Shown: positions 1 through 11,426 of the stretch, piece after piece | Numbering within the stretch: the first letter of the stretch is position 1 | Layout: each line of letters begins with the position of its first letter | DNA from: Pseudobacteriovorax sp. | GTDB lineage: Bacteria > Bdellovibrionota_B > Oligoflexia > Oligoflexales > Oligoflexaceae | DNA length: 53,033 nucleotides | Direction of reading: 5' to 3' | Assembly (NCBI GenBank): GCA_050293845.1 | Contig: JBNKNM010000018.1 | Location: forward strand, 1-53,033 | Program-made: the position numbers and the translations under genes | Notes under the pieces: generated by a model | Databases searched by the model: none | What the model was told of the DNA's origin: nothing | The model's input: the letters and a program-made list of their open reading frames with translations, nothing else

Positions 1-75
1 ATTTTATCATTCTAAATATTATACATGCTATATTTAATAGTTACGGGAAACTTTCCGTTCCCCTACATAATGGGC

Positions 76-2238
76 CTATAACCCAGATGTTTGGATTCTA
101 AGTACAGAGCATGCTGACTTTTCTGTAATTTTATCCTGTTTTGAGCCAAACATGGCCTCAAAGAACGACTGTGAAGGTAGCGCCCCCATGATCAGTAAAT
201 CATACTCGGCCGTCAAACCAATTATGTCTATAAGTTCATTTTGACCTTGTACCACCAGGCTATTGGAATCGCTTGCAAAGACAGAGGTCGCTTCCCTTAA
301 AAAGGAATCCTCCGCCTTAACGCGCTTTTCGGTAAACTCCTCAGGAACCCAACGAACAAAAACAAGCTCAGCATCATTCATTTCTGCTAATTTAACGCAC
401 GTTTTGATGATTAAAGGGTTATGGGGTCCCTGATCGACATAAACCATGATTTTACGGAAATACCGGATACCGGTATCCTTGAAGGTAGCTACATTACAAG
501 CCAGATGTTCTTCTAACCACCCCATCTGGTTGTGAATGGTTATATTACCACGGGACCTACCCCCCCATTCCTTCACAAGCCAGTTACAGTGCAGCCGATT
601 GCTAATTTCATGGACCGTCTTGTAAATATCATGGGATACCAAAGGTTCAAATTCCACGAGGAAGTTTTTATCAATGGACATCGCCTGGAACCGGCGTCGT
701 AGAGATTTTATGGTGGAGGTTTCCACATTAATATCATCGATACTCAACTGTTCAGGTATCTCCGTTAAATGGACAACTTCGACTTTTCCCCCTTCTGATA
801 GAGCAGCCCCCAGCTCCAGTAAAACCTCGGGAGATCTCTCGACTCCAAACAGACTGACGACAACGGCAGCCTGATCAAAGAAAAACAGGTCGTCTCGCTC
901 GGGAACGATGGGGCTCCTCTCCTCAATCAAGTCTTGACGACGTCCTCTAATCCCAACAACTCCTTTACGATTAGTATTACGCCGACCATAGAGCAAGTAC
1001 ACCGTACCACCCAGAAGAATTGCAGAACCAATGGTTATACCAACGATTTGCCCCATCATTAGCAGGATGATGATGCAAATGATAATTCCTGCTCCCTGTA
1101 GCCAAGGGTAGAGAAATGACTTGTAAGGTGGTGAATACCACTGGACACGATTTTCACGAAGAACGATGACCGTAATATTTTCTGCAATGTAGATACATAG
1201 CATGAAAGCACTGGCAATTTTTATCACCTTATCCACAGGAATAAAAAGAATGGCTACTGCAATAGTCAATCCTGAAAATATGATGCTTACACTGGGTGTC
1301 AAAAACCTGACATTGAGATAAGAAAACACTTTCGGAAGCAAGTTTTCACGGCTCATGGCAAAAGGAAATCGTGAAGCCGCCATCACCCCCACATTGGCCA
1401 TGGAAGTCAAGGTTAATACTCCCAGAACTCCAGCAAAGATACCTGCAACATTCCCCCCCAGCTTATAGGCCAGCGAATATACGGGCCTTAAGTCTTCTTT
1501 GAAAAAATGAGGATCTAGACTACCTGCAAAAACAAAACTGAGGGACGTATATAGAACGGTGATGATAGCTAATGAAATCAAAATCCCACGCGGTAGAGTT
1601 TTCCCCGGATCCTTCACTTCTTCCGCAATAGCTGCCACTTTATCGACACCTGCAAAAGCAACAAAAACAAAGCCTGTTGCTTTTATAAGCCCACCGATGT
1701 CATGACTCAGTTCGAAAGGATTAAACTGTTCCATGTCTATTGCAAAAGTCCCACCGACGAGAAGTACTGCCAAACTGGCGAGAACCAGTGCTACGATAAG
1801 TAATACAGCCTTGCTAAGCTTGCTCACCCCTAAAAGATTCATCCCCACAATAAACACTAACAAACCGATAGCAGTATATTTCACAGGCATGTCAGTAAAT
1901 ACTGAAAGATACGCCCCAAAACCCACCAATGAAAACGTGCTTTTTAACAGTAGGGATGCCCAAAGGCCGATACCTGCAATCGTTCCCACAAGTGGTCCGA
2001 AAGTTCTCTCTAAATAGATGTAAGTACCACCTGAAGTTGGCATGGCTGTGGAAAGTTCTGACTTGGAAACCGCTGCGGGTAATACACAAAACCCAGCAAG
2101 AAGATAGGCTAGCCAAATGGAAGAGCCGGTTAGAGCAGAAGCAAGACCAGGTAATACAAAAATTCCACTACCCAGTGCCGCTCCTAGGCAAATAGAAACA
2201 ACGGAAACAAGTCCAATACGACGCTCTAGCTGGCTCAA
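76..2238 (-). CDS. APC-family amino acid permease with C-terminal universal-stress-protein-like domains
   Basis: TM1 motif GAALGSGIFVLPG, ELSTAMPTSGGTYIY, AEEVKDPGKTLPRGI, about 12 hydrophobic segments, then a soluble tail ending in USP-like YDLLIMGA...FGSKQDKITEKSACSVLRI. TTG start 11 bp after the trpA stop. Confidence 0.85.
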   Translation of the reverse strand: MSQLERRIGLVSVVSICLGAALGSGIFVLPGLASALTGSSIWLAYLLAGFCVLPAAVSKSELSTAMPTSGGTYIYLERTFGPLVGTIAGIGLWASLLLKSTFSLVGFGAYLSVFTDMPVKYTAIGLLVFIVGMNLLGVSKLSKAVLLIVALVLASLAVLLVGGTFAIDMEQFNPFELSHDIGGLIKATGFVFVAFAGVDKVAAIAEEVKDPGKTLPRGILISLAIITVLYTSLSFVFAGSLDPHFFKEDLRPVYSLAYKLGGNVAGIFAGVLGVLTLTSMANVGVMAASRFPFAMSRENLLPKVFSYLNVRFLTPSVSIIFSGLTIAVAILFIPVDKVIKIASAFMLCIYIAENITVIVLRENRVQWYSPPYKSFLYPWLQGAGIIICIIILLMMGQIVGITIGSAILLGGTVYLLYGRRNTNRKGVVGIRGRRQDLIEERSPIVPERDDLFFFDQAAVVVSLFGVERSPEVLLELGAALSEGGKVEVVHLTEIPEQLSIDDINVETSTIKSLRRRFQAMSIDKNFLVEFEPLVSHDIYKTVHEISNRLHCNWLVKEWGGRSRGNITIHNQMGWLEEHLACNVATFKDTGIRYFRKIMVYVDQGPHNPLIIKTCVKLAEMNDAELVFVRWVPEEFTEKRVKAEDSFLREATSVFASDSNSLVVQGQNELIDIIGLTAEYDLLIMGALPSQSFFEAMFGSKQDKITEKSACSVLRIQTSGL

Positions 2239-2249
2239 ATTGTATTCCT

Positions 2250-3041
2250 TCAGGTATTAATTGCCTGCGATATCTGCCTTACGAAAGACGATAACCTTTT
2301 CTCAACTTGATCGCGGTTCTCGATAAGCTTAACGATGGCACTCCCTATCACAATTCCATCTCCCAAGGATGACACAAATTTTGCCTGTTCCACAGTGGAA
2401 ATTCCAAAGCCAACCACAATAGGGCAATTTACATACTCCTTGAGATGGTTAACTTCATCTTCCAAGGTCTTGGAAATCTCCGCCTGCGCTCCTGTGACCC
2501 CTGTCCGGGACACATAATAGAGAAACCCTTGGGTTTGCTCTCCCACCAATTGTAATCGTTCATCGGTAGTCGTAGGAGATGCCAAAAATACCGTCTTGAC
2601 TTCTTGACGACGCATCAGCTCTATGTATGGAGCCGCTTCCTCAATAGGTAGATCTAAAACGAGCACACCATCAACCCCAACCTTGCGGCACTGCTGTGCA
2701 AAGTTTTCATATCCCATAGAAAAAATTGGGTTTAGATAGGAAAATAACACAAGGGGCAAGGAAAAACCTTCGGAACGCAATTCCGCAACCATCTGCAAAA
2801 TTTTAGCCAGGCTCGTTCCTGATGCTAAGGCGCGCTCTGCAGCAGCTTGGTTTGTCGGACCATCCGCCAAGGGATCTGAAAAGGGTACCCCCAATTCGAT
2901 GATATCGACTCCTGCTTTGGCTAACAAACGACAGTAGGCTTTGGTCTCTTCAAGGTTTGGATCACCAGCTGTAATATAAGCAACAAAAGCTTTTTGGTTC
3001 TTCTTTTTTAAATCGGCAAAGGCCTCCGCAATTCGACTCAT
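2250..3041 (-). CDS. trpA: Tryptophan synthase alpha chain
   Basis: [28 protein letters not shown] and VGFGIS motifs. Confidence 0.97.
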   Translation of the reverse strand: MSRIAEAFADLKKKNQKAFVAYITAGDPNLEETKAYCRLLAKAGVDIIELGVPFSDPLADGPTNQAAAERALASGTSLAKILQMVAELRSEGFSLPLVLFSYLNPIFSMGYENFAQQCRKVGVDGVLVLDLPIEEAAPYIELMRRQEVKTVFLASPTTTDERLQLVGEQTQGFLYYVSRTGVTGAQAEISKTLEDEVNHLKEYVNCPIVVGFGISTVEQAKFVSSLGDGIVIGSAIVKLIENRDQVEKRLSSFVRQISQAINT

Positions 3042-4210
3042 GAAATACCTCCTTCCAAATCCTTATCGCCACGCCCCGACAGATTAACCAGTAAAATTTG
3101 ATTTGAAGCCATCTGGGGGGCTTGTTTGATCACATAGGCGATGGCATGGGACGATTCCAATGCTGGGATGATTCCCTCTTGTTGTGACAGCAATTGAAAG
3201 GCGTGCTGAGCCTCAGCATCTGTTACATATGTATAGTGAGCCCGTCCCAAATCATTTAAATAAGCGTGTTCAGGTCCAACGGCTGGATAGTCTAATCCCG
3301 CAGAAATGCTGTGGGTTGGTTCAACCTGGCCGTTTTCATCTTGAAGCAGATAGGTGAAAGTCCCATGCAAGATACCAAGGCGCCCTCCAGAAAAACGTGC
3401 TGCATGCTGTCCAGGTTTTATTCCTAGGCCACCAGCCTCGACACCGGTCATTTTAATGTTGGGATCATCAATGAAATCATAAAATAACCCTATAGCGTTA
3501 GAGCCCCCACCGACACATGCCACTAATTCATCGGGTAAACGCCCCGCCTGCTCAAGAATCTGACTTTTAGCTTCTCTGCCTATAACTTTGTGAAAATCCC
3601 GCACCATTTGTGGGTAAGGATGGGGTCCCAGCGCTGATCCGAGGAGATAAAATGTTGTTTTAACATTGGTTACCCAGTCTCTCATAGCTTCATTAATGGC
3701 GTCTTTCAGTGTTTTACTACCGCTATCCACTCCTACTACCTTAGCACCAAGCAATCTCATGCGTTTGACATTTAAGGCTTGTCTTTCCATATCCACAGTA
3801 CCCATGTAAACAACACATTCCATACCCATGAGCGCTGCTGCCGTTGCAGTCGCCACCCCATGCTGACCAGCACCGGTTTCGGCGATAATGCGATTCTTAC
3901 CCATTTTCTTAGCTAAAAGAATTTGGCCAATGGCATTGTTGATTTTATGAGCTCCTGTATGTAACAGATCCTCTCGTTTTAAAAAAATTCGAGCACCACC
4001 CAAATACGCCGTGAGCCGCTTTGCAAAAGTAAGAGGTGTCGGACGCCCCACATAATTTTTGAGAATCCCATTCAATTCTTCCTGAAAATCATCCTGGGGG
4101 ACCAAGCTATGGAAAGCTTCTGTTAGCTCGCGGATCGGTTCAACAAGAGTTTCGGGAACGAACTTACCACCAAATTGTCCAAAATAGCCTTGTTCATTAG
4201 GTTGATTCAT
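3038..4210 (-). CDS. trpB: Tryptophan synthase beta chain
   Basis: [15 protein letters not shown] (PLP lysine), [18 protein letters not shown]. Start placed at ATG 4210 ([11 protein letters not shown]), which overlaps the trpF stop as ATGA. Confidence 0.97.
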   Translation of the reverse strand: MNQPNEQGYFGQFGGKFVPETLVEPIRELTEAFHSLVPQDDFQEELNGILKNYVGRPTPLTFAKRLTAYLGGARIFLKREDLLHTGAHKINNAIGQILLAKKMGKNRIIAETGAGQHGVATATAAALMGMECVVYMGTVDMERQALNVKRMRLLGAKVVGVDSGSKTLKDAINEAMRDWVTNVKTTFYLLGSALGPHPYPQMVRDFHKVIGREAKSQILEQAGRLPDELVACVGGGSNAIGLFYDFIDDPNIKMTGVEAGGLGIKPGQHAARFSGGRLGILHGTFTYLLQDENGQVEPTHSISAGLDYPAVGPEHAYLNDLGRAHYTYVTDAEAQHAFQLLSQQEGIIPALESSHAIAYVIKQAPQMASNQILLVNLSGRGDKDLEGGIS

Positions 4211-4842
4211 TTGTTTTCCCCTATCAAATCGAATAATTGATCTAGCTTTCGATGACATTTAATTCCCGGTGCTGACTCGACGCTTGAAGACAGGTCGAAA
4301 GCGAAAGGTGCTACCGACCTTTGTGCTTGCAGAATATTTTGCGCGCTGATGCCCCCAGCCAGAATTATAAGGGGGTGATGAACTTTCATCTGCCGAGCCA
4401 AATCCCAATCGGCAACCAAGCCTGTCCCCCCTCTTTGGTTTTCTGAGCGAGAATCCACTAAAAGATATTTCGTTACATCACTTAACAAACGACCTCGCTG
4501 TAAATCTTCTGGACCCTGTAAATGGCAAGCAACAGTATCGGGGGCGATGGCTTTTATTTCATCTAGGCTTTCTTCTCCATGAAGCTGCACCAAATCTATC
4601 CCAACACGGTGTTTAATATTTTCGATAGCCTCTCTCGATTGATTAACAAAAACACCTACGATGGCGGGTGTATGGGCAAAACCCGCCTGTTTCATAATTT
4701 TGACAATCTCACTGGCAGCCTCTGGCTCAATATAACGCGGGCTTTCCTTAGCAAAAATAAAGCCGATGGCCCAAGCTCCTTTTGCAGCACATCTAATAGC
4801 ATCTTCACTTCTGGTTATGCCACAGATCTTAACCTTTAACAT
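4207..4842 (-). CDS. trpF: Phosphoribosylanthranilate isomerase
   Basis: [23 protein letters not shown] and [13 protein letters not shown] motifs. Confidence 0.95.
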   Translation of the reverse strand: MLKVKICGITRSEDAIRCAAKGAWAIGFIFAKESPRYIEPEAASEIVKIMKQAGFAHTPAIVGVFVNQSREAIENIKHRVGIDLVQLHGEESLDEIKAIAPDTVACHLQGPEDLQRGRLLSDVTKYLLVDSRSENQRGGTGLVADWDLARQMKVHHPLIILAGGISAQNILQAQRSVAPFAFDLSSSVESAPGIKCHRKLDQLFDLIGENK

Positions 4843-5627
4843 GACTTCCCCAATAGTTTTGCTAGAGCCTTGCCTGGCATCTTGGTTGCCATCAAACTCG
4901 TCCCTACAAGAAACCCTTTTACGCCACAGTCAGAAAGTGTTTGCAAGTCATGATGGGTTTTGATGCCACTTTCACTTATAGTTATCCGGTGCTCTGGAAC
5001 CTTAGGCAGAAGGGACTGGGTCGTTTTAAGATCAATAGAGAGATTGGTAAGGTCCCGGTTGTTAATACCAATAATGGCGTTCTCTAAGGGGAGAGCTTGT
5101 TGTAATTCCTTTTCGTTATGCACCTCTACCAAAACACTCAGTCCCAAGTCCAAGGCTTGTTGATAGAGTCTTTTCAGTTGTCGACCATCGAGCAAACCCA
5201 CAATCAACAAGATACAATCGGCCCCATAATACAAAGCCTGGTATAATTGGTACTCATCGACAAAAAAATCTTTCATCAGAATTTTAGCCTGTGGATAAGC
5301 AGACCTAACTGCAGCAATAAAGTCTACATCGCCTTTAAAGTATTCTGGTTCCGTTAAAATGGAAATCGCTTGAGCATCATTTTCTAAATAGGCACTAACA
5401 ACATCCAGAACCCCCAGTTCTGGGGCAATATCTCCCTGTGAAGGACTGGCTCTTTTATACTCAGCGATGATATTATAACCCTCACCACTAAAGGCTGAAC
5501 TAAAATCCTGGGCTTGGTAAGCTTTCGCTAAGGCCTTCCTTCTAAAAGCCTCTAAAGGCTCTCGATGTTTCAACCCAGCAATACGCTTACTGGTTGCAAG
5601 TCCGATTTCATGGAGAATATTTTCCAT
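4836..5627 (-). CDS. trpC: Indole-3-glycerol phosphate synthase
   Basis: IAEYKRASPSQG, KDFFVDEYQL, LVEVHN, GINNRDL and SESGI motifs. Confidence 0.96.
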   Translation of the reverse strand: MENILHEIGLATSKRIAGLKHREPLEAFRRKALAKAYQAQDFSSAFSGEGYNIIAEYKRASPSQGDIAPELGVLDVVSAYLENDAQAISILTEPEYFKGDVDFIAAVRSAYPQAKILMKDFFVDEYQLYQALYYGADCILLIVGLLDGRQLKRLYQQALDLGLSVLVEVHNEKELQQALPLENAIIGINNRDLTNLSIDLKTTQSLLPKVPEHRITISESGIKTHHDLQTLSDCGVKGFLVGTSLMATKMPGKALAKLLGKSC

Positions 5628-6631
5628 TATCTAAACCTCCGTGCTGTTTCCAGGATTTGATAAGCTCGCCCACTATCTATAAGTTCTGCTGCTAGGACCA
5701 ACCCCTCCTTCAGATCTTTAGCCTTTCCACTTACCTGCAGGGCAGCACCAGCATTTAACAGTACTATATCCCTTTTTTCTCCCTTGTCGTCTCCCTGCAA
5801 AATAGCTTCGATAATACTGGCATTACGCTTTTTATCTCCCCCTACCAGCGCAGCTGGCGAAGCTAGAGAGATACCGTATTCTTTAGGGTTAATTTGATAC
5901 TCATGTACGACTCCATCCTTTAGGTGGGCCACTCTCGTAGTCGTGGTCGTCGTGATCTCGTCAAGTCCATCATCACCAGTGACCAACATCACTTCTTCCG
6001 CACCAAGTTTTTTTAGAACATGGGCAAAGGGTACAAGCATGCGAGGTTCGTAGACCCCCATCACTTGTCTTTTAGTGAAGGCCGGATTTACTAAAGGACC
6101 CAGCAGGTTAAATATAGTTCTGGCCTTAAGATTCCGACGAATTGACGCAACATGACCCATAGCCGGATGAAATTTTGGCGCAAACAGGAATGCAAATCCA
6201 AATTCTTCTATAGCTGCTGCCGCGCGAGCTGGTGAAAGATCAATGGGAACCCCTAACTCTTCCAGCACATCCGCGCTTCCGCACTGGCTGGAAACAGAAC
6301 GGTTGCCATGTTTGCAAACTCCCATACCAGCCGCAGCAATGATGAATGCATTTGTCGTCGATATGTTGAAGGTATTAGCCCCATCGCCACCGGTGCCACA
6401 GGTATCAATAATGTCGGTCCTTTTCACGGGGAGAGGGGTGGCATGACTGCGTAAAGACTTCGCACATCCCACAATTTCGCCAATGGTTTCCCCTTTCGCC
6501 CTGAGCGCTCCTAAAAAAGCCCCTACTTCTTCAGAGGTAACATTCCCTCCCATCAAAGCATCCATCGCTTGGTGGGCTTCTTCTTCATTTAGGGAGATTC
6601 CAGAAAATAATTTGTTAAGATAAACTTTCAT
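5627..6631 (-). CDS. trpD: Anthranilate phosphoribosyltransferase
   Basis: DTCGTGGDG, FNIST, KHGNRSVSSQCGSADVLE and RTIFNLLGPL motifs. Confidence 0.97.
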   Translation of the reverse strand: MKVYLNKLFSGISLNEEEAHQAMDALMGGNVTSEEVGAFLGALRAKGETIGEIVGCAKSLRSHATPLPVKRTDIIDTCGTGGDGANTFNISTTNAFIIAAAGMGVCKHGNRSVSSQCGSADVLEELGVPIDLSPARAAAAIEEFGFAFLFAPKFHPAMGHVASIRRNLKARTIFNLLGPLVNPAFTKRQVMGVYEPRMLVPFAHVLKKLGAEEVMLVTGDDGLDEITTTTTTRVAHLKDGVVHEYQINPKEYGISLASPAALVGGDKKRNASIIEAILQGDDKGEKRDIVLLNAGAALQVSGKAKDLKEGLVLAAELIDSGRAYQILETARRFR

Positions 6632-6640
6632 AGGTCACTC

Positions 6641-7207
6641 CTATAAGCTTTCAATAAAATTTTGCATCATCACTAGACCTGATACAGTCATATAGGATTC
6701 CGGATGGAATTGAATTCCCTCAATGGGATACTTCTTATGTTTAATACCCATAATCACACCATCTTCAGTTTCGGCTGTAATGCGTAGACAAGAAGGCAAT
6801 GAATCCCTATCAACAATCAAAGAGTGATAGCGAGTCACCTGAACTGGATTGTCGAGGCTTTTATAGAGACCACGCTTTTTATGATAGACAGGTGATGTTT
6901 TACCATGCATGAGCTTTTTCGCCCTCACCACTTTCCCACCAAAAGCCTGAGCTATGGATTGATGCCCCAAGCATATCCCTAGAATAGGGTACTCTCCAGC
7001 AAATTTGGTGATGGCGTGAAGGCTAATCCCCGCATCATTGGGTGTGCCGGGTCCAGGTGAAATGACAATAGCTTCGGGATTCATGCGTGCAATCTTCTTA
7101 AGGCTAGTCTTATCATTGCGAACAACTTTAACCTTAGCACCCAACTCACACATATACTGGTAAACATTGAAGGTAAAAGAATCATAATTATCAATCAATA
7201 GAATCAT
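6641..7207 (-). CDS. trpG: Anthranilate synthase component II (glutamine amidotransferase)
   Basis: [25 protein letters not shown] and QFHPES motifs; lies between trpE and trpD. Confidence 0.95.
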   Translation of the reverse strand: MILLIDNYDSFTFNVYQYMCELGAKVKVVRNDKTSLKKIARMNPEAIVISPGPGTPNDAGISLHAITKFAGEYPILGICLGHQSIAQAFGGKVVRAKKLMHGKTSPVYHKKRGLYKSLDNPVQVTRYHSLIVDRDSLPSCLRITAETEDGVIMGIKHKKYPIEGIQFHPESYMTVSGLVMMQNFIESL

Positions 7208-8711
7208 GAGCTTCAGCTCCCACTTTCAATGCCATCGCGACTGCACTTCTTATGGCCTTGGATTTATTTAAAACTTCTTCATATTCTCTAGTGGGATTAG
7301 AATCCGCTACTATACCCGCACCAGCTTGAACATAGCCAATACCATCTTTTATGAAAAGAGATCTGATAGTAATGCACGAATTGATATTACCGGTAAAATC
7401 ATGACACACTACGGCTCCTCCGTAAGAGCCTCTTGCCTCCGGTTCCAATTCAGAAATAATCTGCATGGCCCTAATTTTAGGTGCACCTGACAGGGTTCCC
7501 GCAGGAAAACAAGCTCCAAACGCCTGCCAAGAGCTGTGGTTACTCTTTAATTTCCCTTCCACAAGGCTGACAAGATGCATCACATGGGAGTATCGCTCTA
7601 CCTTCATGAATTCCTTGACCACAACACTTCCCGGCTTTGCCACCCGGCCAATATCGTTGCGCCCTAAGTCGACCAGCATTAAATGTTCGGCTTTTTCCTT
7701 TACAGAAGATAGAAGATCTCCTTCCAATTTTTTATCATGTTTCCCATCTTTCCCACGGGGTCGTGTCCCAGCGATAGGACAGGTTTCCACCAAACCACTA
7801 TTGGTCCTGATCAGCATTTCTGGGGAGGATCCCAGCAAAACCTCATCATTTCCAAACGATAAATAGAACTGATAGGGAGAAGGATTGATCATACGTAGAA
7901 TACGATAAACAAGGAAAGGATCTTCCTTAAAGGGAAAATGAAACCTATCAGACAGAACACACTGAAAAATATCACCAGCGCGGATATGCTGCTTGATCTG
8001 CTTCACACCAGCGCAAAAGGCTTCTTCTCCCAGCATCGAGCGAGCTTCCATCGGTTTCACATGATTGATGTCCTGCAAGGATACATTTAAAATTTCGTCG
8101 TCAACACTTGTAAATACTCGATTTCGTAATACTTCGATCTCTGCAGCAGCTTGGGAATATCCCTCGTCAATATCCTGCTCACCATCGATATGGGTGATCA
8201 GATACAATCGATGCTTCAAGCGATCAAAAGCAACTATTTTACGAAAGAACATAAAATAGAGTTCATTTTCATTGGGCGCATTTGCAGGAATGGAAATATC
8301 CTCAAGATACTTGATAGCGTCATAGCTAACATATCCCACAGCTCCTCCGGTAAAAGGGGGCAGTCCGGCAATGGAAATCGACTGATATCGTTTTAAAAAA
8401 GTCTCAACTTTTTTAAAACTGGCTTTGTCTTCGATAATTTCAGAATGTTCAAATAAAGAAAATATTAACCTACCCGAATGGGATTTTAGGCTAGCAAATG
8501 GTTCTATGCCAAGAAAGGAGTAACGGCCAACTTCCTCGCCACCATCGGCACTTTCGAGAAGAAAGGATTGTCGGGAACCTGATTGTCTCAGTCGTAAAAA
8601 AGCGCTCACAGGCGTCAGCGTATCTGCGGGTAATTCCATCCCAACGGGAATTAAATTGAACCCTCGCCGAGCCATGAGCTTCACCTGCTCTAGGCTTGGA
8701 AAAATACTCAC
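7191..8711 (-). CDS. trpE: Anthranilate synthase component I
   Basis: FLLES (Trp feedback motif), [26 protein letters not shown] and [17 protein letters not shown] start after a GGTGGAG Shine-Dalgarno-like sequence. Confidence 0.96.
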   Translation of the reverse strand: MSIFPSLEQVKLMARRGFNLIPVGMELPADTLTPVSAFLRLRQSGSRQSFLLESADGGEEVGRYSFLGIEPFASLKSHSGRLIFSLFEHSEIIEDKASFKKVETFLKRYQSISIAGLPPFTGGAVGYVSYDAIKYLEDISIPANAPNENELYFMFFRKIVAFDRLKHRLYLITHIDGEQDIDEGYSQAAAEIEVLRNRVFTSVDDEILNVSLQDINHVKPMEARSMLGEEAFCAGVKQIKQHIRAGDIFQCVLSDRFHFPFKEDPFLVYRILRMINPSPYQFYLSFGNDEVLLGSSPEMLIRTNSGLVETCPIAGTRPRGKDGKHDKKLEGDLLSSVKEKAEHLMLVDLGRNDIGRVAKPGSVVVKEFMKVERYSHVMHLVSLVEGKLKSNHSSWQAFGACFPAGTLSGAPKIRAMQIISELEPEARGSYGGAVVCHDFTGNINSCITIRSLFIKDGIGYVQAGAGIVADSNPTREYEEVLNKSKAIRSAVAMALKVGAEAHDSID

Positions 8712-8856
8712 AATATCTCCACCAACCGGTTAAATCCAAATTAAGATCCTTTGGTTAAATCCATATAATAGTACCTATTATTAGGTTTCTCCCTACTTTA
8801 ACTACCATTCTTACCAAGCAAAATCTATAAACATCTGAAAAGGCTATATTAGTGAC

Positions 8857-10092
8857 TTACGGGCCCCATACTTCCTTGACTACCGATTTGGCACAAATCC
8901 AAGCTCCTGTCCATGCATTTTGAAAGTTGAAACCTCCTGTAATACCATCGATATCAAGGACTTCACCGGCAAGGTAAAGGCCGGGGATCTTCTTTGATTC
9001 CATAGTCTTAAAGTTTACTTCTTTTAAAGCTACCCCGCCTGCAGTTACAAACTCGACTTTAAATTCCCCTTTACCTGTAATCTCTAGCTCTGTCGCAGTA
9101 AGAACCCTTGCAATAAGTCTTAACGACTTACTCCCTCCTTGCTGCCAGGTCCGTCCCTCATTTCCTGATATTTCTACTATCCGCTGCCAGAATCTTTTAG
9201 GTAATGGAAAGGGGCTATCCCTTAGCATCAGACGTTGTTTAAAATGAGCTTTACTTTCTTGTAGCATTTGTAAGCAACGATTCTCATCCATAGCCAAAAA
9301 ATTTAATTTCAGACGAGCATGGTAGTTCTGTTCCGCTAATTCCCGAGCAGCAAAGGCCGACAATTTCAACACTGCCGGACCGCTGAGGCCCCAGTGAGTA
9401 ATAAGCAAAGGTCCTTGCTGCTTAAAACTTTTGCCTCCGACAAGGAGCTTCAGTTGGACATTGACAAAGGACAATCCAGGTAGATCATGAATGAGGGGAT
9501 CAGAGATGCAAAATGTAAATAGGGAAGGTACAGGGGCTACAATTTTATGGCCCAGATGGGCCAGCAATTTATGGCCCAGGGGAGCGCTCCCCGTCGCCAT
9601 AAGTAAATAGTCACATGTCGCTTCCCCCTGTTTCCCCAAATCGAGAATAAATTGCCGATCCCGTCGGCTAATGGATTTAACCATTGTGGACTTTTGTACC
9701 TTTACCTCCAAAAGGCGAGCTTGTTCCAAGAAACAATCGATTATAGTTTGTGAAGAGTTCGTTTCAGGAAACATACGGCCATCCGCTTCTGTCTTGAGAT
9801 TGATTCCTCTATCACGGAACCACCGAACCGTATCTTGTGGCTGAAACTGAGAGAATGGCCCTAGTAGCTCCCGCCTCCCTCTGGGGTAATGGTTCACTAG
9901 ATCGTACGGATCGAAGCAACTGTGGGTGACATTGCAGCGCCCACCACCGGATATCTTTACTTTAGTTAAAAGACGTGGGGTTGCTTCCAAAATAATGACT
10001 TCCAAATGGGAAGACAGCAACTTGGCATTGATAGCTGCAAAAAAACCAGCAGCCCCTCCCCCTACGACGATAAGTCTTTTCGATAGCGCCAT
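8857..10092 (-). CDS. HI0933/YhiN(BaiN)-family NAD(P)/FAD-dependent oxidoreductase
   Basis: VVGGGAAG, KVKISGGGRCNVT, GPLLITHWGLSGPAVL, VTAGGV and GEVLDIDGITGGFNFQNAW. Start placed at ATG 10092 (MALSKRLIVVG). Confidence 0.9.
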   Translation of the reverse strand: MALSKRLIVVGGGAAGFFAAINAKLLSSHLEVIILEATPRLLTKVKISGGGRCNVTHSCFDPYDLVNHYPRGRRELLGPFSQFQPQDTVRWFRDRGINLKTEADGRMFPETNSSQTIIDCFLEQARLLEVKVQKSTMVKSISRRDRQFILDLGKQGEATCDYLLMATGSAPLGHKLLAHLGHKIVAPVPSLFTFCISDPLIHDLPGLSFVNVQLKLLVGGKSFKQQGPLLITHWGLSGPAVLKLSAFAARELAEQNYHARLKLNFLAMDENRCLQMLQESKAHFKQRLMLRDSPFPLPKRFWQRIVEISGNEGRTWQQGGSKSLRLIARVLTATELEITGKGEFKVEFVTAGGVALKEVNFKTMESKKIPGLYLAGEVLDIDGITGGFNFQNAWTGAWICAKSVVKEVWGP

Positions 10093-11426
10093 AATAGCTT
10101 TAACTCCCCTTTCTGAATCAAAGCCATGATCGCCCGTTGACTCAGCTTTTGTGAACAAGATCCCGCTTGATCCCAGTAGATCTCCCGAGGGCGACTGATG
10201 GGACTAAAATTTTTTTCAATGTAAGCTAGAAATGTATCGATATTAAAAGGAGTTTGCATCGAGACTATCAATATAGGTACTTCACCAAAACGCGCATCGC
10301 GACGGGGCAGCACTTTATAGTTAGCAAGCCAGGAAAATTGCTGGAAACGAGATTCCATATCTGAGGGCGATATATTCTCTCCCCCACATTGAAAAACTAA
10401 GTCGCGACGCCCCTGAAATACATAGCCGTTCTCTAAAGGAAAAAAATAGTCTGGAGAGCGATAGGTGCCACAAGACAACTCAAAGCTTCCTTGGTCCATG
10501 TAACCAAGAAAACACCCCCAGCCGCTCACCACCAATTGTGACTGATCCAGACTTATCTGCCGCCAGGGCATTGCCACACCCACCCAATGGGGGTCAGCTA
10601 GCCGATAACCAGGCTTGGAGGCCAAAACCTGAGCCCCCGTTTCCGAGCTACCATAGCAAATCGAAAGATTCAAACCTCGACCAAAAGCTTGATCTAAAAG
10701 GTACGGAGAACAAGAAGCCCCTCCCACGAGAATTCCTTTACAGCGCTTGAGTCCTGGCAAGTTTTCGGGTGCCTCAAGGAGTTGTTGTAATTGTGCGGGA
10801 ACTAATGAAACATAATCTATGGTTCTGGTTACCTCAGCTGAAAATATCATACGGGGATCACCCATCTGAATCACCCCCCCACTCCAGCCAGCGCGGAGCG
10901 CAATCATCAACCCCCCAATATGATGGAGCCCTAATGACAAAAGAGAAACATCCCCTGCTCGCATCCCATAATAAGCGATGGATGATGCTGCAGCTTGCCT
11001 TAAGGTATGAAAAGAATGAACCACTCCTTTAGGGTGTCCCGAACTCCCTGAAGTGAAAATCACTAACCAGGGACGATCGGAGCTTACTTCGTAGTTGCGA
11101 TTGCAAGTCCATTCAGGAAGTTGATGAATATTCAAACTGCTAAGAAGATGGGAAGGTCGATCCAAGTTAGATAATAACCCTGCTTTCTCAGCACCAGAAA
11201 ATTTAGGATTGATCGGTACTGCGACTTTATCGCTATAATAGCAAGCTATAATCGCAAGTAAACTGCTATAGTCATCTTCCAGCTTGATGACAATTGCTGG
11301 CGCTACGATTTTTGCTAGTAGACCACAAACTCGATTGACATCCCTACTAAAGTCGGATCTTGTGATGATGTTACCATCTTTGAATATAAAAGGATGTTGG
11401 TCATCGCTCCAATTGCCAATATTCAT
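10062..11426 (-). CDS. menE: O-succinylbenzoate-CoA ligase (AMP-binding enzyme)
   Basis: IFTSGSSGHPKGV, YGSSET, GRRD and GGENISP motifs; last men gene of the operon. Start ATG 11426 overlaps the menC stop as ATGA. Confidence 0.85.
   Translation of the reverse strand: MNIGNWSDDQHPFIFKDGNIITRSDFSRDVNRVCGLLAKIVAPAIVIKLEDDYSSLLAIIACYYSDKVAVPINPKFSGAEKAGLLSNLDRPSHLLSSLNIHQLPEWTCNRNYEVSSDRPWLVIFTSGSSGHPKGVVHSFHTLRQAAASSIAYYGMRAGDVSLLSLGLHHIGGLMIALRAGWSGGVIQMGDPRMIFSAEVTRTIDYVSLVPAQLQQLLEAPENLPGLKRCKGILVGGASCSPYLLDQAFGRGLNLSICYGSSETGAQVLASKPGYRLADPHWVGVAMPWRQISLDQSQLVVSGWGCFLGYMDQGSFELSCGTYRSPDYFFPLENGYVFQGRRDLVFQCGGENISPSDMESRFQQFSWLANYKVLPRRDARFGEVPILIVSMQTPFNIDTFLAYIEKNFSPISRPREIYWDQAGSCSQKLSQRAIMALIQKGELKLLWRYRKDLSS

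Noticed and set aside
8712..8856. Classical trpL attenuator or T-box
   Set aside because: No GC-rich terminator with a U tract, no T-box consensus, and no short Trp-rich leader peptide ending before trpE.
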